23,969 nucleotides of DNA from Candidatus Poribacteria bacterium (GTDB lineage Bacteria > Poribacteria > WGA-4E > UBA9662). Shown in pieces: positions 17,554 to 23,969 of the stretch. The notes under the pieces are model-generated. The model was not told the DNA's origin and made no database searches. It saw nothing but the letters and a program-made list of their open reading frames with translations. The position numbers and the translations under genes were made by a program. Location: NCBI GenBank assembly GCA_030748495.1, contig JASMLX010000102.1, positions 1 through 23,969 on the forward strand. Direction: 5' to 3'. Numbering within the stretch: the stretch's first letter is position 1; each line of letters begins with the position of its first letter.

Positions 17554-18653
17554 TTACCGGTTCCACGACTTCCACCCCGAAATGAACTGCTACTTCGAGT
17601 TGTGGAACGGCTACGACTTGATGAAGAACTGCTTCGACCGAACCCGCCACCACGGGAAGAGGTAGTACCACTTCTAGTAGCGGAAGTCGAACGGTTGCTG
17701 GTTGTCCGACCGAATGCACCACTTCGAGTGGAGACCGTTTTTTGGCGAGCCGCCATAGTTCGCTTCGATTTCATTTGCTGGATGGCTTTCGGTGCTTGTG
17801 TTCGGCTTTTAGCTTTGCTGCTTCGTGCTACCCTTTGAGGGGCAGTACTGGTAGATGGTGCAGATCTGTAACGGGTAACAGTTCTGGTTCGAGTCACAGT
17901 TCTGGTGGCTACTGGGCCGTGCCATCCCCCGTAGTACCGTGGGTACCAGCCACCGTACCAACCCGGACGGTACCAATGGTAAGGACCGAATAAGACATCA
18001 CGAATCACCATGTAGCGAAGATAGGAGTCCATCCAGCTATGGTCACGGGCGTGATAGCTGCTCCGATAATGCGACGGTTGTCCTTCGTAGGCATAAGAAT
18101 TCGTTTCGGCATTGACAACCATTTGTTGCGAAGTTTGATCAAAAGTAATCGATAAGGCGACCAATTCAATTCCTGTTTTAGCGACTTGATCCCAATCGAC
18201 ATCGTAAGCCTCTGGATCTTTGGGATATGTGGTCGGATCAGGTACTCGAACAGAGTAGACGGCAGCCTGACCTTGAACCGATTCCGGTACCACCAGTAGC
18301 GGGTCTAAGTTGCTGTCCTCGTTCAGATCGACACGGTAATTGACCTCTGGATTACTGATAATTTTATGGCTTAACTTTCGAACCACCTGTTGTTGAAACT
18401 TCTCAGAATCCGGTTTCTCGGTCGGGGTTAATTCTTGTAAAACTTCTCGCATCACATCTGGTAAAATAGCGGGATTTAATTTATCCGTCAAATCGATTTT
18501 GACCGAAACGTTGGATTGGGCAACGCCAACCGAATAAGTTTTGGAACTACGAGCAGGAGGGGCGTCGTCGCTGTTACCACACCCGATGCAGATCACCAGT
18601 ATTGCCAGCAAGGTCAGATGAGCCCGGCCAATAAGTGAAGAAGGGTTATTCAT
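17550..18653 (-). CDS. lipoprotein with folded N-terminal domain, aromatic/Gly patch and ~120-aa Arg/Ser/Thr-rich low-complexity C-terminal tail
   Basis: 367 aa. A lipobox-type signal is present (LTLLAILVICIGCGNSD; Cys in LVICIGC context). A ~200-aa globular region follows. Next comes YHWYRPGWYGGWYPRYYGGWHGP, then TRTVTRTRTVTRYR...SRGGGFGRSSSSSSRSRSTTRSSSSFRGGSRGTGK. The ORF stays open through the repeat DNA. A GAGGAA RBS lies 9 nt upstream. Confidence 0.7.
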   Translation of the reverse strand: MNNPSSLIGRAHLTLLAILVICIGCGNSDDAPPARSSKTYSVGVAQSNVSVKIDLTDKLNPAILPDVMREVLQELTPTEKPDSEKFQQQVVRKLSHKIISNPEVNYRVDLNEDSNLDPLLVVPESVQGQAAVYSVRVPDPTTYPKDPEAYDVDWDQVAKTGIELVALSITFDQTSQQMVVNAETNSYAYEGQPSHYRSSYHARDHSWMDSYLRYMVIRDVLFGPYHWYRPGWYGGWYPRYYGGWHGPVATRTVTRTRTVTRYRSAPSTSTAPQRVARSSKAKSRTQAPKAIQQMKSKRTMAARQKTVSTRSGAFGRTTSNRSTSATRSGTTSSRGGGFGRSSSSSSRSRSTTRSSSSFRGGSRGTGK

Positions 18654-18868
18654 TTGATTGCGTTCCTCGCTAAAGTCGATCGCCGGCGGTGGCCACCGAA
18701 AGGGTCGATTACTTTAACTCCTATTCTGAGCCGTTAAGAAGTGCGTAAGTTAAAGATTGCCTGCCAATTATAGAAGAAAATCTTGGCAAATACAAGCTCT
18801 TACACTGACTTGAGAAAAAAGAGCGACTTACCGTTCGATAGGAGCAATTTGGATCTACTGGTATCTAC

Positions 18869-19834
18869 TTACGGTTGCCAGTCCAGCAAGACCCCCAACG
18901 TTTTCTCCGGTGTATGCCACAACAGATCGAATGCTTCTTTGGCTTCCGTATAAGGAAATAGATGGGTTATCATCGGCTGAATTTGGATCATCCCTTGTTC
19001 AATACTGCTCAAAGCACGCTGTGCTATTTGTACTGGAGATTCATCGGTTAAAATGCCGGCTACTAGCCGTTTTTGCATTATTTTAGAGGCGTGAAGGGGA
19101 AGCGGCTGTTGCTGGTAGAGGGCAATCAACTGGATTGTACCTCGCTGAGCGACCATGTCTTGTGCTTGCTCAAACGATTTAACCCCTGCGTAGCCGCCGA
19201 CGCAATCGATAACCAGATCGGCACCGCGGCCCTTGGTCAACTGTTTTACCGCTTCGACAGGATCCACTTCCGAGGCGTTGATCACCTCATCAGCGCCAAG
19301 TTTTTGCGACAGTTGACAGCGTAAAGGGAGAGTGTCAACCGTGATGATCTGCTCGGGTTGGCAACCGCGTAGAAGTTGCATGATCAAACTGCCAACCACG
19401 CCTTGCCCCAGGACTACAACCTGATCGCCAGCTTTTACCCCAGAAGAGTCAACCCAGGCAGTAGCAGATCTAGCCAATGGCAGGAATGTGCCTTCTTCGA
19501 AGGAGACATTCTCTGTTAGTGGGACCACATTCCCTTTAGAGGAATCGACTTCACCAACCGCATACTGAGCGTGTGGTGCAACCACCATAACTCTCTGTCC
19601 GGCCCGGTATTCGGTAACCTCCGAACCAACCTGTTCAATTGTGCCGGTTAGCGAGTAGCCCATGATTGAAGGTGCAACCGCCTCTTCTAAGATGTACCGG
19701 CGAAACAGTTCAGACCCACGACTGATTAAGGTTTTAGAGGTACGAACCAAGACTTGACAACTGTTGATCTCTGGAATCGGCGTATCCTCTAACTGAATGT
19801 TTCCCATTCCTTCCGGTTTTATGACACGAATCAC
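18869..19834 (-). CDS. MDR-superfamily (zinc-ADH-like fold) oxidoreductase lacking canonical zinc-ligand residues
   Basis: 321 aa. Rossmann motif VVVLGQGVVGSLIMQLL is present. The GHE and Cys catalytic-zinc ligands are absent (SIMGYSLTGTIEQVG replaces GHE.G), and so is the structural-zinc Cys cluster. The RBS AGAGGGGG lies 7 nt upstream. Confidence 0.8.
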   Translation of the reverse strand: MIRVIKPEGMGNIQLEDTPIPEINSCQVLVRTSKTLISRGSELFRRYILEEAVAPSIMGYSLTGTIEQVGSEVTEYRAGQRVMVVAPHAQYAVGEVDSSKGNVVPLTENVSFEEGTFLPLARSATAWVDSSGVKAGDQVVVLGQGVVGSLIMQLLRGCQPEQIITVDTLPLRCQLSQKLGADEVINASEVDPVEAVKQLTKGRGADLVIDCVGGYAGVKSFEQAQDMVAQRGTIQLIALYQQQPLPLHASKIMQKRLVAGILTDESPVQIAQRALSSIEQGMIQIQPMITHLFPYTEAKEAFDLLWHTPEKTLGVLLDWQP

Positions 19835-20047
19835 AACATGAGCCCCCTCTTAAGTTGGTCTTTAGTGGTCTTTGCTTGTCACTAACTCCTATTATAGTTG
19901 GAAATACGGACCTGTCAAGCCCAAATAGAGATCCAATCGTGCCAAAACGGCAGACGGTGTTTAGTTCGGCCTGCTAAGCTGGCAGATTTCAGGTGCCAAT
20001 TCATCACCAATTGCGGAGAGGTTGCCGTATTTAGCCTCAATTGGGTT

Positions 20048-20063
20048 TGGCACGCATGTTGCT
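20048..20063 (+). promoter_or_regulatory. sigma54 (RpoN) -24/-12 promoter consensus upstream of hsp20
   Basis: TGGCACGCATGTTGCT is an exact fit to TGGCACG-N4-TTGCW (GG at -24, GC at -12). The predicted TSS near 20075 is about 95 nt upstream of the hsp20 ATG. Confidence 0.5.
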
Positions 20064-20086
20064 CCATCCGTGTGTAGGTACAGAAC

Positions 20087-20109
20087 GGTTAGCGGGTTCC
20101 CCGTTAACC
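20087..20109 (+). promoter_or_regulatory. 10-bp stem hairpin/inverted repeat in hsp20 leader (GGTTAGCGGG-ttc-CCCGTTAACC) followed by A-rich tract
   Basis: All bases pair except one G-T (G-U in RNA). The hairpin lies between the candidate sigma54 promoter and the RBS. It is not a CIRCE match. Confidence 0.4.
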
Positions 20110-20169
20110 AAAAAAGCAAAAAACAAAAAAGTAGGAACTTAGATTCCAGCATAACTTAGGAGCTATAAA

Positions 20170-20625
20170 ATGAAAACACTTACCCTTTGGAAATCAGCAA
20201 ACGAACCAGGCAATCTAGATCAATTTTTCGATAATCTTTTCGGTCAGAATTTTAGCCCAGCGTACTTCGGCCGTGGCAAACCCGCTCAAGGTAAAGGCGA
20301 TTGGTCGCCGGCTATCGACTTATCGGAAACCGACGATGTCTTTGAAGTAACAGTGGAAGTAGCGGGTATTCCAGAAGATCAGGTTAAGCTAACGATCACT
20401 GATAATGTGCTGGCCATTAAGGGCGAACGGCCAGAGACCGCAACTTCGGAGTCAACCTACCTTCGGCAGGAGCGCCGATTCGGCCAATTTCAGCGAGCCA
20501 TCTCTCTACCACCGAATTTGCAAACCGACCAAGCAAGAGCCAGTTTTAGTAACGGCCTACTGACGGTTGTCATTCCAAAAGCTGAGGCCGTAAAACCAAA
20601 GGAGATTGAGATTCAGGTTTCTTAA
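20170..20625 (+). CDS. Hsp20/alpha-crystallin family small heat-shock protein
   Basis: 151 aa. The alpha-crystallin domain is present (WSPAIDLSETDDVFEVTVEVAGIPEDQVKLTITDNVLAIKGER..., ending with the IEIQV I-x-I/V tail). A GGAG RBS lies 7 nt upstream. Confidence 0.9.
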   Translation: MKTLTLWKSANEPGNLDQFFDNLFGQNFSPAYFGRGKPAQGKGDWSPAIDLSETDDVFEVTVEVAGIPEDQVKLTITDNVLAIKGERPETATSESTYLRQERRFGQFQRAISLPPNLQTDQARASFSNGLLTVVIPKAEAVKPKEIEIQVS

Positions 20626-20654
20626 TCTGCGAAGTCACTCGTCTTGTATCCAAG

Positions 20655-20684
20655 CGTCTTGTCAATTGACAAGGCGCTTTTTTG
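20655..20684 (+). terminator. intrinsic terminator of hsp20 (CTTGTCAATTGACAAG stem then GCGC-TTTTTT)
   Basis: A perfect 16-nt palindrome (20658-20673) is followed by a T6 run. It lies 30 nt after the hsp20 stop. Confidence 0.6.
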
Positions 20685-20694
20685 TGCCTATAAT
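20667..20694 (+). promoter_or_regulatory. near-consensus sigma70 promoter TTGACA-N16-TATAAT overlapping the hsp20 terminator
   Basis: TTGACA at 20667-20672 (the descending arm of the terminator) and TATAAT at 20689-20694. There is no ORF for ~320 nt downstream. Confidence 0.4.
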
Positions 20695-20918
20695 TTCCGG
20701 CCAGGCTAGCACTGGCTGGCCCGACCCAAACCTACCATCCGTAAATCTACTTTTGGTTTGCCCAAATAAACGGTGAATTGGAGCATGTCAACGGAAAATT
20801 TGAAGAGGCCTTCAAGCCCAACAGTAGAAAGGCAAACGTCGTTGTAAACACCTTGTTCGTAAAGCTGTGGACATTCAATTGGTTTAAGCCTCGAAGAGAG
20901 AAAAAAACAAAAATATCA

Positions 20919-20947
20919 TTGACAGTCTACTGGCTTCGTAATACAAT
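20919..20947 (+). promoter_or_regulatory. sigma70-like promoter TTGACA-N17-TACAAT for the 21017 gene
   Basis: Hexamers at 20919-20924 and 20942-20947, about 70 nt upstream of the ATG. The RBS AAGGTGAGG is at 21003-21011. Confidence 0.45.
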
Positions 20948-21016
20948 CACTAATTGATGGTGGTAGATCCGTTTGATCCGCCAAATTAAGATTTATTGAT
21001 AAGAAGGTGAGGCTAG

Positions 21017-21745
21017 ATGAAACCAATCGTTATAATGATGGTCCTGATAACGTGTTGCCCTATGTTACAAGCCGGTGTCTGGACCGACGACTTCGACAAG
21101 CAAGCACTAGACAAAGCGTGGAAGTTTCGTGACCGTCGTGAAAAAGAAACCAAAGTTGAAGTCAAGGACGGGTTCCTGAGAATGATCAACCCCAAGGGTA
21201 AGTGGGGACACATGACACCAGACAAAGCGATGCTGGAGCGTGATGTGCCTGCCAGTAGTCAAAATCTAGTGGTCAGCGGCATCTTTTCCTCCGATCCTGA
21301 TAAACCGCAAGATTGTTGGCACGGCATGTTCATCTTCGGCGAAGACCCGATGGACTTTGCCTGCTTACTGTATGGCGGAGAAGCCAATCAAGCACAGAAA
21401 GCCCTGATCGGTAGTATGGTGCAGGGAGCCTGGCAAGACAAAGGTCACTTTCCAACAGGTTTTGACATACCGTTGCACTTCAAGCTGGAGAAAAAGAAGG
21501 ATGTCTTCACCGGCTATTTCAAGCAAAAAAAAGGCGATGCCTGGAAGCAGATCGGTAACAAGACCTGGACACACAAAATCAAGAAGGTGAAAAAAGTCGG
21601 TTTAGGCGTTATGAACAATTGGGGGGGTAAGACGGTTAATTTCATGGTGGACACCTTTTCACTGGATGGAGATGGGGTTCAACCGATGGCAGTTGATTCA
21701 AAGAGCAAACTGGCCACTACCTGGGCAGACTTAAAAGACCACTAA
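21017..21745 (+). CDS. secreted concanavalin A-like lectin/glucanase-fold protein (LamG/DUF1080-like)
   Basis: 242 aa. A signal peptide is present (MKPIVIMMVLITCCPMLQAG). WTDDFDK..LDKAWKF...VEVKDGFLRM is the typical opening of ConA-like secreted planctomycete proteins. The protein is Lys-rich and beta-rich. Confidence 0.65.
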   Translation: MKPIVIMMVLITCCPMLQAGVWTDDFDKQALDKAWKFRDRREKETKVEVKDGFLRMINPKGKWGHMTPDKAMLERDVPASSQNLVVSGIFSSDPDKPQDCWHGMFIFGEDPMDFACLLYGGEANQAQKALIGSMVQGAWQDKGHFPTGFDIPLHFKLEKKKDVFTGYFKQKKGDAWKQIGNKTWTHKIKKVKKVGLGVMNNWGGKTVNFMVDTFSLDGDGVQPMAVDSKSKLATTWADLKDH

Positions 21746-22100
21746 GTTCCAGTTCAACAGGTCCCAACTCTTGAGATTATTAGATGAACGAGTAGATTAT
21801 TCTCCCTTACAGCAAGCTGGTGGGGAGCTCATTTACGAATCTGAGTAATACCAATTTACGCGGCGTTAATTTCACCGAGGCTAAGCCGATCAGCGCCAAA
21901 TTACTATTCAAAGACGCTCTCGGTCGCAAAAAAATTGGAGTGTTGAATGTATCCCGACCCAGTCATTGGGTTGCGACTTGACAGATAAACACAATCAATA
22001 ACTAACGCTTGATCTACTAGAAGCTATTCAAAACTAAATACAATTTAAACTTGCACATCTCAAGTTAGGTCTAGTTTTAGTTGGGTCTAAAAAGGAACTT

Positions 22101-22900
22101 TTGATGGCCAATGTCACCGATCAACAATGGATCAGACTTGAACCCTGGCGGCCAAAACCTCAGCCTTCAGCCAAAGGTGGGCCCAGCCCAGAGGCAACAG
22201 GCAAGTGTTTGACGGCATTATCCGGCTCTGACCAACTGGTGCCGGATGGAACGACTTGGCTGATCGATATCCATCAGCTAGTACTTGCCGGCCAAGATTA
22301 CAGCCATGGGAAGGACAAGGTGTTTGGCTCAAAATGTGGCCTAAGTTCCTGTCCGAACAGGAGCAACAGGGCCAGTTAGATTGGGAAGAAACCTTGGCCG
22401 ATAGCAGTTTTGCCTGGGCCAAAAAAGGGGCTCAGGCCTTGGAAAGAGCAAAGGTGGCAAGGGTGAATGATGATGGTCGATGGCCAGGCAGTCCCTATCG
22501 GTGCTGATCTTGATTCGGCCTCGGAGAGCGAAATAAAAATAAAACGTCTGCAACCCACGATTGAGAAGATTGCAGTGCCCAGAAAAGGTGGTGGTTAGCC
22601 GCGGCAAAATCCTGTCCGCATCATAGCGGATAAAGGGCACGACAGTGATCCGCTCGGCCAAAGGCGGTTGAAAGGCGGCATTGAATTGATCTGTCGGTAG
22701 CGTAAAAACAAGCAGACCAAGAAAGATGAGGATGGCCACAAATTGCGGCCTGACAGGCGTCGATGTAAGGTTGAGCCGACTTTTGATGGCGGCCAAACTT
22801 GCGAAGACTAGGTATTGGTTGGGAAAGAGAAATTCAGATCTAGCAAGCTTTCTTTCACCTTGCTTGCATCCTCATTACATTGAAGCCGTTTTGAAATGGC
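22101..22900 (+). mobile_element. IS5-family (IS427/IS1031-group-like, DUF4096+DDE) transposase pseudogene, multiply frameshifted with internal stops
   Basis: Frame 0 gives MMANVTDQQWIRLEPWRPKPQPSAKGG. Frame 2 gives QVFDGIIRL*PTGAGWNDLADRYPSASTCRPRLQPWEGQGVWLKMWPKFLSEQEQQGQLDWEETLADSSFAWAKKG (DUF4096-type block with an in-frame TGA). Frame 0 resumes with MMVDGQAVPIGADLDSASESEIKIKRLQPTIEKIAVPRKGGG*, and then IIADKGHDSDPLGQRRLKGGIELICR*RKNKQ...RRCKVEPTFDGGQTCED*. An A6G motif CCAAAAAAGGGG lies at about 22417-22428. Confidence 0.7.
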
Positions 22901-23133
22901 TTCTAAGGTGCTGGTGTGGGGGGAGTCCAAGATGGACATAGCGAAAAGGTTCAGGAGTCTATGGGGAGTATATTGGTTTGCCGACTGTACAGGTGCGATT
23001 ACTTGTTGTGAATGGCATCTATTGGTGTCATTCGAGCCGCTTGATTGGCCGGAAGATTGAAAAATAAACAGTTTCAAAAAAATAGTAGCGAAAATTATGG
23101 CCTGATTTTGAAAATGACAATATTTCCCTCACA

Positions 23134-23832
23134 CTATTGATATTTTAATCTGCCCCATTTAGCGGTTAGCTCATCTTGTAAATTTACAGCTAATCCGCCA
23201 GGACCACCTTTGCCAACTACCTTAACATTATCAAAAAGCGATTCAGCATCGTAGGTAGCCAAACCAACACCTCCCCATTGCAATAAGTTATCCTTATCAG
23301 TATACTCCTTTTGCAGTTTTCCGTTTAGGTACATTTTAAAAGTCTCCCCATTTACTTCAAGACGAATGTCGTTCCACTCTCCTTTTTTGAGTATTTCTGT
23401 GCCCGGATTTTCGTCTACGGCTGCTCCAGCACCATCGTTGGCTTCCCAAATCTTACTATAGTTGCCACCGTGACCATTAATACCGATTAACCAGTAGTAA
23501 AACTTACCGGAAGTCCAGGCCGCTCCCCCGTCACCTGCTACCTGAACCCGCCATAGCACTCCAGCATAATTATTGGACGAAACGGGGTTAATTTGAACTT
23601 CAAAAACATAGTCTTGCCAGTCACGATCGTTTACTGCGTAGAAGCTATACTGATTGCGTGCAATATTACTTTGACGATATGCCGCATCTTTTACGTTCCA
23701 TTTTGTGCCCTTAACCGGATTCCAGCCTTTTGGTGTTTTCTCAAAGGTCTCTTCGTAGCTATAGGCAAATTGATAAAATAAACAGATCGAGGTGGTAAAA
23801 ACGAACATCGCAGTCATGGATATAGATCTCAT
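23134..23832 (-). CDS. secreted DUF1080-like (3-keto-disaccharide-hydrolase-like / ConA-like) protein
   Basis: The ORF extends to 23883, but the ATG at 23832 (MRSISMTAMFVFTTSICLFYQFAYS, a signal peptide) has GGAGA upstream. DUF1080-like blocks are present: DYVFEVQINPVSSNNYAGVLWRV, GEWNDIRLEVNGETFKMYLNGK and GGVGLATYDAESLFDNVKV. Confidence 0.7.
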   Translation of the reverse strand: MRSISMTAMFVFTTSICLFYQFAYSYEETFEKTPKGWNPVKGTKWNVKDAAYRQSNIARNQYSFYAVNDRDWQDYVFEVQINPVSSNNYAGVLWRVQVAGDGGAAWTSGKFYYWLIGINGHGGNYSKIWEANDGAGAAVDENPGTEILKKGEWNDIRLEVNGETFKMYLNGKLQKEYTDKDNLLQWGGVGLATYDAESLFDNVKVVGKGGPGGLAVNLQDELTAKWGRLKYQ

Positions 23833-23969
23833 TGGGATATTTTTCTCCTGAAATTTTGATTCAAAATGTCTGGTTATCATCACACAACTAATTAAATTAA
23901 CCTGAATTCGGGATTAAATGTAAGAAATTAAAAAAAAAGATCCTCGGGCTTGTACGCCCTCACTCTTTT

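Noticed and set aside
17474-17838. Two overlapping ORFs (82 aa on the minus strand, 78 aa on the plus strand) across the lipoprotein tail.
   Set aside because: They are products of the quasi-repetitive R/S/T-coding DNA. The lipoprotein frame is the only one continuous with a signal peptide and a translationally coupled downstream gene.
20084-20109. Inverted repeat upstream of hsp20 considered as a CIRCE (HrcA) operator.
   Set aside because: The sequence GGTTAGCGGG-ttc-CCCGTTAACC does not match TTAGCACTC-N9-GAGTGCTAA. I kept it as a generic hairpin/operator candidate only.
19961-20152. 63-aa minus-strand ORF in the MDR/hsp20 intergenic region.
   Set aside because: It has no RBS, has an odd composition and overlaps the candidate sigma54 promoter and leader hairpin. 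It is more likely non-coding.
23884-23969. GC hairpin (GGGC-N6-GCCC) next to an A9/T9 run at the window end, considered as an intrinsic terminator.
   Set aside because: The stem is only 4 bp and is separated from the T-run by 7 nt on the relevant strand. The sequence also runs off the window, so the context is unknown.
1-23969. Looked for CRISPR arrays, rRNA, tandem direct repeats and obvious toxin-antitoxin or defence-island genes.
   Set aside because: No regularly spaced direct repeats, rRNA-like conserved stretches or recognisable defence or toxin domains were seen by eye.

Overview
Read by eye, so all coordinates and motifs are approximate to a few nt. The window is a roughly 24-kb stretch of a moderate-GC bacterial chromosome. 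Taxon is an inference only: probably Planctomycetota-like, based on three ConA-like/LamG/DUF1080-type proteins, a xylose-isomerase-like TIM barrel and weak or absent Shine-Dalgarno use at many genes. I did not see rRNA, tRNA or CRISPR. Left to right: (1) a DegT/DnrJ/EryC1-family PLP aminotransferase truncated at the 5' window edge, followed 45 nt later by selA, so the organism decodes selenocysteine; selA is convergent with nadA. (2) A small unknown gene, then a 940-bp AT-rich ORF-free stretch. (3) A minus-strand accessory trio: LamG protein without signal peptide -> 645-aa ~14-TM membrane protein -> sugar-phosphate isomerase-like TIM barrel. (4) A minus-strand housekeeping operon: small 2-TM protein -> SPFH/band-7 -> HIT -> hemB (Asp-rich Mg-type active site). 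(5) gap-tpiA-secG with no pgk; secG carries a long acidic tail. (6) A decayed IS630-family transposase remnant. (7) The most interesting block: a tightly packed four-gene minus-strand envelope cluster. It runs lipoprotein (folded N-domain, then an aromatic/Gly patch and a ~120-aa Arg/Ser/Thr low-complexity tail) -> N-anchored DUF4178-like protein (GTG start overlapping the upstream stop as GTGA) -> DUF350 membrane protein -> 194-aa unknown. A 12-nt perfect GC palindrome sits just upstream. (8) An MDR-family dehydrogenase lacking zinc ligands. (9) hsp20 preceded by a perfect sigma54 -24/-12 consensus and a leader hairpin, followed by a terminator that overlaps a near-consensus sigma70 promoter opening a 320-nt ORF-free leader. 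(10) Two secreted ConA-like/DUF1080-like proteins flanking a heavily frameshifted IS5-family (IS427-group-like) transposase pseudogene and a pentapeptide-repeat gene fragment.
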